Shown here piece by piece: positions 20,740 to 30,259 of a DNA stretch of 64,000 bases. A program made the translations under genes and the position numbers. Location of the stretch: positions 1 through 64,000 of the forward strand of contig JAXGZN010000002.1 of the NCBI GenBank assembly GCA_040776945.1, given 5' to 3'. The notes beneath the pieces were generated by a model. That model had not been told where the DNA came from, searched no databases, and was given only the letters and a program-made list of their open reading frames with translations. This stretch comes from Methanomassiliicoccaceae archaeon. GTDB taxonomy: Archaea; Thermoplasmatota; Thermoplasmata; Methanomassiliicoccales; Methanomassiliicoccaceae. Position 1 is the stretch's first letter; each line of letters starts with the position of its first letter.

Positions 20740-21171
20740 TCACTGGTCGGCCTTCGCCGTCCCAGGGCTCTCCAGGCATCCCGAGTAGCTCGCTCCGCGC
20801 GTCGCCACGAGCTTGCCGGCGAGGCATTTCTCGATGGCCTCGGATATCGTCCCGCGGCATCCCGCGTGGACGGTGATATGCGCGTCCTCGAGTACCTTGG
20901 CGGCCTTGGGCCCGATATTGCTGGTGACCACGGTATCGACCCTCTCCTTGACCAAGGCCCGCGCGGCCATCTCGCCCCCCTCTGATCCCTTGCCCTTGCC
21001 AGGGTTCTCTATCACGGTCCTGTTGTCCGGTGAGCCCTCAGCGATGATGAAGTACGGCGCTCTTGCCAGGGACCGAGATATCTTGCTGTCTAGCGTTCTT
21101 CCGTCCGAGGAGAACGCGATCTTGCATCCTTTCGCCTTTGCTCCCTTCACCGTTCCTGATGGCCCGCTCAT
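20740..21171 (-). CDS. NifB/NifX family protein
   Basis: KIAFSSDG...RAPYFII...ENP...IGPKA. Confidence 0.85.
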   Translation of the reverse strand: MSGPSGTVKGAKAKGCKIAFSSDGRTLDSKISRSLARAPYFIIAEGSPDNRTVIENPGKGKGSEGGEMAARALVKERVDTVVTSNIGPKAAKVLEDAHITVHAGCRGTISEAIEKCLAGKLVATRGASYSGCLESPGTAKADQ

Positions 21172-21226
21172 GTTATCCTGACCACGATGGTGCGTGGAAG
21201 ATATTTGTAGTCATCCTCTAACGGTG

Positions 21227-22048
21227 TTAATTTTGGCGAAGGGTCTCTCCTCTAGGCAGTCTAGATTTGGCCTCGGCGTACGAGCGCTCGATGCAGTCCA
21301 AGGTGACCATCTCGCTTTCCAGCTCCTTCCGCTGGAAACCGAAGACCTCGATGAACTCATCGATGCGGTCGTCGAACCCTTCTTGGTCCCCCAGTCCGGT
21401 CTGTATCTTCAACGCCAGCTTGTAGCCGGCCAGCTCGAACATCCATTTGATGGTTCCCAGATCATCGCCGTCGATGCCCCTGGTAAGCTCCATCTTGGTC
21501 ATCATGGTCCTCCAATTCTCCGCCCATCCCGGGGTCAGGTAGAATACGCCCGGATAGCGCTTGAGCAGCCTCAGGTATCCTTCGGTTCCGCCCAGCACCG
21601 CGGCGATGCAGTCGTCGACCGGACGTTCTTGGTCGTCCGAGATGATCGTCACCGGCGTGCCGACCGCTGCCGATATCGAACCAACATCGCGGAAAGCATT
21701 CCCGCACAGGCCGTAGAACAGCAAGATGGATCGGCATACCGGGGCCATTAGGCCTGCGGTCGCCAGCACCTCCGACCTGAGCGTCTCAGGGTCCTCGTGA
21801 AGCGCCATCGGTTTCATGATGACCAGTACGGTGAGCCCATCACTGGTGACCGACGGCACCTTGTCGGCCTCGATGACCTCGAGCGGCGGATGGGCCTCCA
21901 GAGCACGAAGCTTGCGGACAAGGTTTTCGGAATCCTCGCCCTTGACGACGATGAGCCGGGAGATGCTTGCATCATTGCGCACCGCGTGCACGAGCTCGTC
22001 CTCGAGGATGGGGCATCCGATTATGCCCAGCACCTGTCCGTTGCTCAT
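21227..22048 (-). CDS. DUF1638 domain protein
   Basis: GCPILEDE, ALHEDP, FYGLCG, DDCIAAVLGG, YLTPGW. Confidence 0.85.
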   Translation of the reverse strand: MSNGQVLGIIGCPILEDELVHAVRNDASISRLIVVKGEDSENLVRKLRALEAHPPLEVIEADKVPSVTSDGLTVLVIMKPMALHEDPETLRSEVLATAGLMAPVCRSILLFYGLCGNAFRDVGSISAAVGTPVTIISDDQERPVDDCIAAVLGGTEGYLRLLKRYPGVFYLTPGWAENWRTMMTKMELTRGIDGDDLGTIKWMFELAGYKLALKIQTGLGDQEGFDDRIDEFIEVFGFQRKELESEMVTLDCIERSYAEAKSRLPRGETLRQN

Positions 22049-22818
22049 GCGCCATCACCGGCCGGTCCGGTTTCAGGGGGCCCGAGCCGGCGTACAAGGC
22101 CCTCGGTCCATTCCAAGGCCGCATCTCCGCGCTCGGTTATCCTGTAAAGATGTTTGCGGCGGTCCTGTTCCACATAGCCTGCGGCGATCAACGCCCGGAG
22201 GTGGAACTGCAGGTGCCCGGTCCGAAGGTCGACCGCCCTCCCGAGCTCGCTCAGGCTGTGATCTCCACGGCGCAGCGCGGTCAGCGTCTTGATCCGCCAG
22301 GCATTGGCCAAAGGATCGACCACTCTCTCAGCCAGCTCTGGCGGTACCGCAGTCCTCGTCTCCCGCGTCAACGGCTCGCCCCTCATCGCCCCCAGCCTCG
22401 AGCTCAGGCCGTCATAGACCTGGAGGACCGCTCTCACTCTCCGGATGGCCTCCCGGGCGCTCCTTGAGCACTCACCATCCTGGCATGAGGAGCACTCACC
22501 GGAGATGAGGCCCTCCACGCCGTCCAATGCGCTCTTGGCCCCCTCGATATCGTCCCTCATGAACCTTTCTGACGCGAGGTCCACCGTCTCCTCGAGCTTC
22601 TTCAAGCACCTGGACTTTAGTTGGCATTGGGACGTCTCGTTCAGGGCCGGCGCATCGTTGAGGAAGGCCCTGCGTCCCTCCTCGCCCACCGCCATCCTGA
22701 TCTGGTCCAGAAATGCCTCCTTGATGTCCGCGTACCTCAGCCGCACGATATGGTCGCCCAGGGCGCCCATCTCGGTCCTGAGGGACCGTATTTCCTCGAT
22801 CATGTCCTGGCTGGTCAT
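22045..22818 (-). CDS. Winged-helix (ArsR-like) regulator with Cys-rich N-terminal domain
   Basis: C-terminal wHTH (GHLQFHL..LI.AGYV...Y.IT..G); five Cys in the N-terminal half; ATGA overlap with DUF1638. Confidence 0.85.
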   Translation of the reverse strand: MTSQDMIEEIRSLRTEMGALGDHIVRLRYADIKEAFLDQIRMAVGEEGRRAFLNDAPALNETSQCQLKSRCLKKLEETVDLASERFMRDDIEGAKSALDGVEGLISGECSSCQDGECSRSAREAIRRVRAVLQVYDGLSSRLGAMRGEPLTRETRTAVPPELAERVVDPLANAWRIKTLTALRRGDHSLSELGRAVDLRTGHLQFHLRALIAAGYVEQDRRKHLYRITERGDAALEWTEGLVRRLGPPETGPAGDGA

Positions 22819-22888
22819 GGATGAATAGAAAAGTATTGTTTAGGAATATTAAAATATTGTGTAATCCCTCCCTGTGAGCGGTGGTAAC

Positions 22889-23299
22889 ATGGTAAAATTA
22901 CCAGAAGAGGTGTTCGCCCTCCTGAACGACCAGAAGGCGGCCAAGGTATTGGGAACAAGGAGTTCTAACAACGATGTGCACATCATCAATGTAGGAGGCT
23001 CAGGGGCCATCGACCACGAGACGCTCTTCGTTGGTGAGATATTCATGCGAAAGACCAGCGATAACCTGAAGTTGGCCCAGAAGGAAAAATCCAAGGTCGC
23101 CCTCCTGGTCTCCCAAGGCTTCAAGTCCTACGAGGTCAAGGCCTCGGTGAAGGACTACCAGACCTCCGGCCCGGTGTTCGACAAGATGGCCGCCGTGTTC
23201 AAGTCCATGAAGTTCGACCTCAAAGGACTGTGGCTGCTGCACGTTGAAGAGGTATGGAACGAGAGCCCGACCTTCGACGCAGGCAAGAAGATGGCCTAG
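22889..23299 (+). CDS. Pyridoxamine 5'-phosphate oxidase-like FMN-binding protein
   Basis: KVLGT...FMRKT..NL...SYEVK...GPVF...VEEV..P GKK pattern. Confidence 0.8.
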   Translation: MVKLPEEVFALLNDQKAAKVLGTRSSNNDVHIINVGGSGAIDHETLFVGEIFMRKTSDNLKLAQKEKSKVALLVSQGFKSYEVKASVKDYQTSGPVFDKMAAVFKSMKFDLKGLWLLHVEEVWNESPTFDAGKKMA

Positions 23300-23364
23300 G
23301 TCCTCCGGACCGCCCGGCCCAACCTTTTTAGCTGCACTGGAGGGCGTTCTCTTTTCTGCGCCCT

Positions 23365-23724
23365 TCAGGCCAGCAGCGATATGCCCACCACGCTGAAGCT
23401 GGCCAGCTCCACGGAGGGGTTGCCCGTTCTCGACAGCAGCTCAGCGGCCGCGAGGTGGGCCCTATCAGGAACGATCACCAGTGCCTTTACGCCATTGGCC
23501 GTGGCCTCGTTGAACTGGTCGACGGCCAGCGGCCTGAGCAGGCTCTCCTCGTCCTCTATGAACTCGACGCACAAAGTGTTGCCTGACGCGTCGGCAACGG
23601 TGATCACGGCCCGGGAGAACCCTCCCTCGTAGATCACCTCAGGGTCCTGCACTGTGTCGGGCAGCTCACGCTCCAGCGCTCTCAGCCTAGCTTCCACGAT
23701 CATCTCGATGGAGGTTTGCGGCAT
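23365..23724 (-). CDS. Hypothetical protein
   Basis: Coherent 119-aa ORF with genome-like codon usage. Confidence 0.65.
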   Translation of the reverse strand: MPQTSIEMIVEARLRALERELPDTVQDPEVIYEGGFSRAVITVADASGNTLCVEFIEDEESLLRPLAVDQFNEATANGVKALVIVPDRAHLAAAELLSRTGNPSVELASFSVVGISLLA

Positions 23725-23785
23725 GCCTGCTGGCTCTCATCAAGAAGTATAATATCGTTTTGCAGGTTCGTCCGGGCCGGCACGT

Positions 23786-24388
23786 TCAGAACGGGGTTGC
23801 GACAGTGGTCTTGCTCGACGGCTTCAGCATCCTGGACGCATTGCTCACCCAGGCCTTCTTTATGGCGGGGAGCTTCTTGCCTTCGAGCATCGAGGCCATG
23901 CCCTCTATGAACGTTGTGACCATGTTCTCGTTGACCTTCTCCGCTCCCTCGACCTCGTCGATGATGGTCAGGGACACCATCTGCAACAGGTAGGCCTTGA
24001 TGCCGAAGTTGACGTTCCTAGAGGTCCGCCTGATTATCTCCGCCAGAGTATTGTCTTGCGTTGCCTGGCGTATGAGGCTGAGGTGGACCTGGGGGCCGAA
24101 GGGCATGAGGCCATCGAGCAGGCTGTCGAACATCGTCTCCATATGGGACTTGAAATCCCCGGTCTGCATCGTCCGGAAGCGTTCCTCCATCTTCTTCTGA
24201 CCGATGCGGTAGGCGGAGATCAACACCTCCTCCTTGGTCGAGAATAGCGGCCTTATCTCATCCGCGGTGTACCCGGACGCTTTCGCGATGTCCTCAAGAG
24301 TGACCTTGGAGAAGCCCTCGCTCGCGAACAGCTGCATGGCCGGTTTAATGATCTTCATTGGCTCTGCTTTCCGCTTGGTTCCAGGCAT
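23786..24388 (-). CDS. TetR/AcrR family regulator
   Basis: AMQLFASEGFSKVTLEDIAKASG...F.TKEEV. Confidence 0.88.
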   Translation of the reverse strand: MPGTKRKAEPMKIIKPAMQLFASEGFSKVTLEDIAKASGYTADEIRPLFSTKEEVLISAYRIGQKKMEERFRTMQTGDFKSHMETMFDSLLDGLMPFGPQVHLSLIRQATQDNTLAEIIRRTSRNVNFGIKAYLLQMVSLTIIDEVEGAEKVNENMVTTFIEGMASMLEGKKLPAIKKAWVSNASRMLKPSSKTTVATPF

Positions 24389-24459
24389 GTGACCGCCTAT
24401 GACGAGGCCCCGATTTAAAGATGGTCATCGTCTTCTCCTCAGGCCTCTTCCCTTGCGGA

Positions 24460-24548
24460 GGTCTTTCCAGACCCGCAGGGAGCGGTCCTCGGCAACGCCT
24501 CCGGGAGCGCCACCGGACAGGGTCTTTCCAGACCCGCAGGGAGCGGTC
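24460..24548. repeat. Two exact 28-bp direct repeats GGTCTTTCCAGACCCGCAGGGAGCGGTC separated by 33 bp
   Basis: Copies at 24460-24487 and 24521-24548; internal palindrome GGTCT-TTCC-AGACC. Confidence 0.85.
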
Positions 24549-24833
24549 ATAACATCGGATGCGCGATGGAGCGCTGGACCGTCCGCCGCTCTCCCCGATG
24601 GTCGCTGACCGGACCATCGCGGGCCGCATTTGGGGCCATGCCCTCACAGAACATCCTCGAACAGCATGCCCGTCAGAGGCGAGGGCGCGATGGGGCCGGC
24701 AAGGCCGCGGCCGCTTACCATGGCCGTACCAGAGATGTTCGCGCAAATTAATATCATTCAGTCGACGGCCGTAAATGGTCGAACATCGACCGGCAAATTG
24801 ATTATCCCGTCCCGCTGAACCCCACCGGATATC

Positions 24834-26021
24834 ATGGAAAGTGACGAGCGGCAGAAGCTGGTCATAGATCTCATGGACACCTTCGTCCGGCTCACGGGAG
24901 CCAAGCCCGGAGGCGGCAACCCCCGCCGATATCTATGGACCGACGCGTTCGCGGTATGCAATTTCCTCGAGCTGCACCGCCTAACCGGTGAGGAGCGGTT
25001 CATCGAACAGGCGATATGCCTCGTAGATCAGGTCCATGAGGTTCTGGGCCGCCATCGTTCGGACGATGAGCGCAAAGGGTGGATAAGCGGTCTGCCCGAG
25101 GAGGAGGGAAGGGAGCACCCGACCGCCGGCGGCCTCCGCATAGGCAAGCTGGGAAAGGAGCGCACAGCGGCGGAGCCGCTGACTCCAGGTGAGGAATGGG
25201 AACGGGACGGGCAGTACATTCACTACCTGACCAAGTGGATGCACGCACTGGCCCGAGTCAGCGAGGCGGCCAACGATCCGAAGTACCTGAGATGGGCCAT
25301 TGAGCTCGCCGACGTGGCCCAAAGACGGTTCTCCTACATGGCCCCCAGCGGGGAGAGGAGGATGTATTGGAAGATGAGCATCGATCTCAGCCGCCCTCTG
25401 GTCCCGATGATGGGGCAGCATGATGCCTTGGACGCGCTCATCACATACCGCGAGCTCGTGCTCGCGGAACAGAGGTTCCCTGAGGAGAGGTTCCCGGACC
25501 TGGGGCCGGCCATGGACGATGCCTCATCGATGTGCCGCATCGGATCATGGGCCACCGACGATCCCCTAGGGATCGGATCTCTTCTTGACTGCGCCTGGTG
25601 GGCCGCCCTAATGGACGATGGTAGCGGGGTGGGCCTGCTCCGCCGCATAGCCGCTGCGGCAGTAGTAAGCTTGGGTGCGTTAGGGAGCTTGGATGGGGAG
25701 ATGCCCGCGAGCCGCAGGCTCGCGTTCCGCGAGCTGGGGCTGTCCATAGGGCTTCATGCCCTGGAGAGCCTGAACGATCGGATCGATCGGGACAAGGCCG
25801 ACGGCCTTCTGCTGGACCAGATCGAGGTATTGCGAAGCTATTCGCCGCTGGGCAGGAGGACCGAGTCCTTCTGGACCGATCCACGGAACCGTAGGAACCC
25901 GATGTGGGCGGAACACGAGGAGATAAACTCGGTCATGCTCGCCACCAGCCTCATGCCCGGAGGCTTCTTGGAGCTGTGGGTGCCTCCGGACCGGACGGCG
26001 GTGGTCAAGAGGGCCCCTTGA
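24834..26021 (+). CDS. Conserved hypothetical protein (RYLWTDAFAV family; possibly alpha/alpha-toroid glycosidase-like)
   Basis: RYLWTDAFAV, HPTAGGLRIGK, DGQY.HYLTKW, MGQHD, RLAFRELG, INSVMLAT motifs. Confidence 0.8.
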   Translation: MESDERQKLVIDLMDTFVRLTGAKPGGGNPRRYLWTDAFAVCNFLELHRLTGEERFIEQAICLVDQVHEVLGRHRSDDERKGWISGLPEEEGREHPTAGGLRIGKLGKERTAAEPLTPGEEWERDGQYIHYLTKWMHALARVSEAANDPKYLRWAIELADVAQRRFSYMAPSGERRMYWKMSIDLSRPLVPMMGQHDALDALITYRELVLAEQRFPEERFPDLGPAMDDASSMCRIGSWATDDPLGIGSLLDCAWWAALMDDGSGVGLLRRIAAAAVVSLGALGSLDGEMPASRRLAFRELGLSIGLHALESLNDRIDRDKADGLLLDQIEVLRSYSPLGRRTESFWTDPRNRRNPMWAEHEEINSVMLATSLMPGGFLELWVPPDRTAVVKRAP

Positions 26022-26025
26022 GGCC

Positions 26026-27645
26026 TTAGGCCTCCAGCTTCCTTCCGACCGCCCGCTGGAACTCGGCCTCGCTCTCCACGTGATGGATGCGCTTAGGTTT
26101 CAACTGGCCTAGGGAACGGCCTTCCTTCACCCGTCGGTCGATCTCTTCCTGAATGAGACGATAGGCCTCTGGCCTCGTGGAAAGCACCTCTACCCTCCCG
26201 AGCTGATGGCCGATCTGAAGCGTATGGTGAGGGTCGTCGCATTCCCTGAGCAGCCGGTGCAAGGTCTCCCTCCTGAACCTCTCGTGATCGTCCACAGGAC
26301 GGTCCGGAACGACGATGAAGCACAGTCTTCCCGGCTCTCCCTTAATATTATAGAGCTCCCACCATCGAACGTTGTTCGGCCGCTGCAGCGCCTCGTGGAT
26401 GTGATGCGAGTAGATCTTGTTGCCCAAGAACGACCCCATCTCGTCGGGCACCTCGAAGTCCAAAGTATCCACCGAGCGGCCCAGGACCCTTATGAGGGGC
26501 AGGGTGGCCACCGCTCCCCCATCTACGTCGACGCGTACCTCAGAGAACGGGTCCAGCACCTCTATCATATCGCCCGTGGGATACCGCACCAATGGCATGC
26601 ATTGGCCGGGGCGGGTCACTATGAGCTCGCCCTTCATGCCCTCCTTCCACTCGTACCAGGGAACCCCCTCGATTGGTTTGCCGCTCTCCAGGCCGGCAAT
26701 GACCTTTGCCGGATCGGCGATCTCCGGCACCACGGCGTGCACGAACATGTGCAGGCCCCGTACCCGGGGATCCAATTGTGCCGCCAGCACCGGGTTCTCG
26801 GTGCTCCCCAGGACGTCATGGAACACCATATGGGGAAAGGCGGAGCGGAGGTCCTGCATGTACGGGGTCAAAGGTTCCGCATAGGTGATGGCCATGCGCG
26901 TTCTGGACAACGTGTCCCGAAGCTTGGTGATATCGATCCTCCTCAGATACAGCATCGCCGCCAGTCCGGAAAGAGGCCCGAGATGATAGTCCCGCCTTAT
27001 CTTCTCCCGCACGATGTTCTTAAGGAACCCGTCCTCGCCCATCGAGCGGCTCAAAAAGTACAGCACCAAGGCCGAGGTGACCAGTACATCGATGCGCTGG
27101 GCCCGGGATGCCAGGCGCATTGCTCCCATGAGGTCCGTGTCCCTGGTCAGCAGAGTGGTGAGCTTCACCAGGCCGACCAGGTCGGAGGTCTCCTCCAGCA
27201 TCGCCCCCGATACGTTGGGCCTGGCGCCTCCCAGGTTCCAAGTGACGTCCCCTCGCTGGACGCCTATGAACCGGCATATGATCGCGAAGTTCAGCGCGAT
27301 GCGCTCAACGTCCGAATCGCTATAGTATATGCATTTTGGGCTCCCGGTGGAGCCTGATGTCTTGAAAACATGGTCGGCAGGAGAGAGCAAGCAGGCCTCG
27401 AGGCCCATCTCGGCGATCCTATCATCGATCTGGCCGTAGGAGGTCAATGGAAGGCCGGAAAGCCCTTCCATGCTGCATACCTTCCAGGCCCGGCCAGAAT
27501 AGACCGCGGACCGCTCGATGCCGGAGGTTATCGACCCCAGCATCCTCTCTTGCTTGGAGATGCGTTCGTCCGCAGAGATGATAAGGTCCTCCTTTATCTG
27601 AGACCGGACCTTGTCCACAAGCTGACCGCTCATTGACCAGGGCAT
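26026..27645 (-). CDS. GH3/PaaK-like adenylate-forming ligase
   Basis: TSGSTGSPK P-loop, GSTE, GELIVT...PLVRY.TGD, GRS. Confidence 0.8.
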   Translation of the reverse strand: MPWSMSGQLVDKVRSQIKEDLIISADERISKQERMLGSITSGIERSAVYSGRAWKVCSMEGLSGLPLTSYGQIDDRIAEMGLEACLLSPADHVFKTSGSTGSPKCIYYSDSDVERIALNFAIICRFIGVQRGDVTWNLGGARPNVSGAMLEETSDLVGLVKLTTLLTRDTDLMGAMRLASRAQRIDVLVTSALVLYFLSRSMGEDGFLKNIVREKIRRDYHLGPLSGLAAMLYLRRIDITKLRDTLSRTRMAITYAEPLTPYMQDLRSAFPHMVFHDVLGSTENPVLAAQLDPRVRGLHMFVHAVVPEIADPAKVIAGLESGKPIEGVPWYEWKEGMKGELIVTRPGQCMPLVRYPTGDMIEVLDPFSEVRVDVDGGAVATLPLIRVLGRSVDTLDFEVPDEMGSFLGNKIYSHHIHEALQRPNNVRWWELYNIKGEPGRLCFIVVPDRPVDDHERFRRETLHRLLRECDDPHHTLQIGHQLGRVEVLSTRPEAYRLIQEEIDRRVKEGRSLGQLKPKRIHHVESEAEFQRAVGRKLEA

Positions 27646-27707
27646 GCTGACGAACTAATAAACATTCGCCGCCCATTATCCTGAACTGAGCAAGACCATT
27701 CGCGAGG

Positions 27708-29240
27708 TCATCGTCCATAGACCATCTCGACCTTGTCGCCCAGATAGTTAAGGAACGGCCTGATGTTCATGCTCTTCCCGGTAACGACCTTGACCAGGTC
27801 AGCAGGATCGTACATGCTGCCCTTGGAATGAACGTTCTCACGAAGCCAGGAGCGGACCTTGGAGAAGTCGCCTGCCCGGACGCTCGCTCTCCAATCGGGG
27901 AGGTCCTTCTGCATCTTCTCCAGGAACATGCCTCCATAGATGTTCCCCAGCGCATAGCTGGGGAAGTAACCGAAGCTCGCGCCCGCCCAATGGGTGTCCT
28001 GCATGACGCCCTCCGAGTCGTTCCCGATCTCTACGCCGAGGTACTTGGAATACCTCTCGTTCCATGCCTGCGGCAGCTCTTCAGCGTTAAGCTTCCCGGC
28101 AAAGATGTCCTTCTCCAGCTCGAACCGGATGATGACGTGCAGCCCATAGGTCACCTCGTCCGCCTCTATCCTTATCTTGGAACGTTCAGAGATGTTTACC
28201 GCTCTCACGAACGCGTCGAGGTCGACGCCGGCCAATGCCTTGCCGGAGACCTTCCTCAGCCGCGGGAGCATGTACGCGAGGAACTCCGGGCTGCGCCCGA
28301 CCATGTTCTCCACGAACCGGCTCTGCGATTCATGTATGCCGTAGCTCGCGGCGCTTCCAATGGGTTGGTACATCCACTCGATGGGCAACCCTCCCTCGTA
28401 AAGCGCATGACCGCACTCGTGAAGGACGCTGAACATGCTCGACCTGAAGTTGTTCTCATAATAGTGGGTGGTCACCCGGACGTCGGTATAGTAGCCGTTG
28501 GAAAAAGGATGCTCCGTCTCATCGAGCCGCCCCCACGCCTCTGGCCCGCTGGTCTGGTAACCGAGGAAGTCCATGACCATCGAACTGATCTTGCGCTGAG
28601 CGTCGACGGTCACTCTGTTCGAGAGGAACGACCGGTCAGGCGCGTCCCCCTCGTCCACCTTCTTCAAGAGCTTGATGAGCCCGGATCGCATGCCCCCGAA
28701 CACCTTGGATATCTGCTCCGCGGTCATCCCCGGCTCGTATATGTCAAGCAGCGCGTCATAGGGGGTCCTGGTCCCCTTGGCGTCCATGAGAATGTCTGCG
28801 GCCCTCCTCTTGAGCTCGATGTTCTTCGCCAGGTCATCCCGGAACATCGTGAAGTCCTTGGCCGCCTTGGCCTTCTTCCACGCCCCTACTGCGAGGATCT
28901 GCTGCTTGGCCATCTCGGCAACGAGCTTGTTCGGGAGCCTGGTCGCCTCATTATAGCTCTTGCGGAGCAAATGGACGTTCCGCCTCTCCTCGGGGCAGAG
29001 CGACCCGGACCCACGGTCTTTCTCGATCGCGTCCAGATAGTTCCCGATCTTCCTGTTGGTGATCATCTTATGGACCATCAGGTCGATTAACGAAAGCTGC
29101 TCGCTGCGGAGCTCCAGGCCCTTAGCGGGCATCTTGGTCTCCATGTCCCAATGGATGACGTCCCCGGCGGAGCGGAGGACGATCATTTCCTTGTACTTAG
29201 CCAGCAGATCGTCGTAGTTCTTCTGAAGTGACGCGGCCAT
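27708..29240 (-). CDS. Carboxypeptidase M32 (Taq family)
   Basis: HPF, DVRVTT, HECGHALYE, HESQS, IRIEADE, QDTHW, YFPSYALG. Confidence 0.96.
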   Translation of the reverse strand: MAASLQKNYDDLLAKYKEMIVLRSAGDVIHWDMETKMPAKGLELRSEQLSLIDLMVHKMITNRKIGNYLDAIEKDRGSGSLCPEERRNVHLLRKSYNEATRLPNKLVAEMAKQQILAVGAWKKAKAAKDFTMFRDDLAKNIELKRRAADILMDAKGTRTPYDALLDIYEPGMTAEQISKVFGGMRSGLIKLLKKVDEGDAPDRSFLSNRVTVDAQRKISSMVMDFLGYQTSGPEAWGRLDETEHPFSNGYYTDVRVTTHYYENNFRSSMFSVLHECGHALYEGGLPIEWMYQPIGSAASYGIHESQSRFVENMVGRSPEFLAYMLPRLRKVSGKALAGVDLDAFVRAVNISERSKIRIEADEVTYGLHVIIRFELEKDIFAGKLNAEELPQAWNERYSKYLGVEIGNDSEGVMQDTHWAGASFGYFPSYALGNIYGGMFLEKMQKDLPDWRASVRAGDFSKVRSWLRENVHSKGSMYDPADLVKVVTGKSMNIRPFLNYLGDKVEMVYGR

Positions 29241-29387
29241 GTTATCGTCCCGTGAACGGCCACGGAGTTCTTAACCCTAGCTAACGGCCGGGCCTTTGAA
29301 CGCCAGACCCAATAGGCGGCATGCAGGCGTGTGCGAAGCGGGCGGCGCCGCCGTCGTCCCATGGCCGCGGCGGTAGGCGGCAACGTC

Positions 29388-30218
29388 TCAGTTCCTCTCG
29401 CTTATGCCGGGCGGCCGCGCCTCGGCGGCCATCGCATCGATGGGATGCTTGGCTAAGAAGTCAAGGACCAGCGGAACGTATCCTTTGGAAGGCAGCAGGT
29501 GCCCGGCCCCCCGGACTATCTCGAACTCCGATCTCGCGATGCCGGCGGCAAGCCTCTCTCCGAAACAGAGCGGCACCATAATGTCCTCGTCCCCATGGAT
29601 CACGAGGGTGGGGACGGCTATCTTGTGCAGGCGCTCGCGGCTATCGAAGGCATCTAGCGCTGCCTTCTGCCTCGCCAGGCCGTTCAGGACGCTTCGGTCG
29701 CAGCTCTCGCCCAGCTCGCATACCGAGGCCTTTCCGCGGAAGAAGCTCTCGGTGGAGCACCAGGTCTGCATCATCGTCTGAAAGGTCTCCATGCTCGCGC
29801 CCTCGCGCACGGAGTTGATCATGGCGTCTATGGCGAACCGGGACCGGTTCGGCTCAACGGCGTAGGTGGACATCAGGACGAGGTTGGCGACCTTCTCAGG
29901 GTGGCGGAGCACCAGCTCCTGCGCGACGTTCCCGCCCATGGACCATCCCAGCACGTGCGCCCGCTCGATGTCCAAGGCCTCCAGCAGACCCGCCGCGTCA
30001 TCGGCCATCTGGGCCATTGTGAAGCCGGCGTTCGGCGCTTCGGTGTGCCCGCTCCCCCGGTTGTCGAAGGTGATGACCCTATATGACGAGGACAGCTGAG
30101 GCAGGGCCTTCTTCCAGTTATAGAGGTCCCCGTAGAACCCCGTGATGAGCAGCAGCGGCTCCCCCTCGCCTTGCTCGTGATAGTGGATGACAGCATCCCC
30201 CACTTTGATCTTGGGCAT
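29388..30218 (-). CDS. Alpha/beta hydrolase
   Basis: FDNRGSG, GWSMGG nucleophile elbow, HGDED, GAGH. Confidence 0.93.
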   Translation of the reverse strand: MPKIKVGDAVIHYHEQGEGEPLLLITGFYGDLYNWKKALPQLSSSYRVITFDNRGSGHTEAPNAGFTMAQMADDAAGLLEALDIERAHVLGWSMGGNVAQELVLRHPEKVANLVLMSTYAVEPNRSRFAIDAMINSVREGASMETFQTMMQTWCSTESFFRGKASVCELGESCDRSVLNGLARQKAALDAFDSRERLHKIAVPTLVIHGDEDIMVPLCFGERLAAGIARSEFEIVRGAGHLLPSKGYVPLVLDFLAKHPIDAMAAEARPPGISERN

Positions 30219-30259
30219 CTGAAGGCCTCGGTCCGCTCCTTATCATTTTCTCCTGCAGA

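Noticed and set aside
24460-24548. Bona fide CRISPR array
   Set aside because: Only two repeats, no third copy at +/-61 bp, no AT-rich leader and no cas genes; kept as a repeat only.
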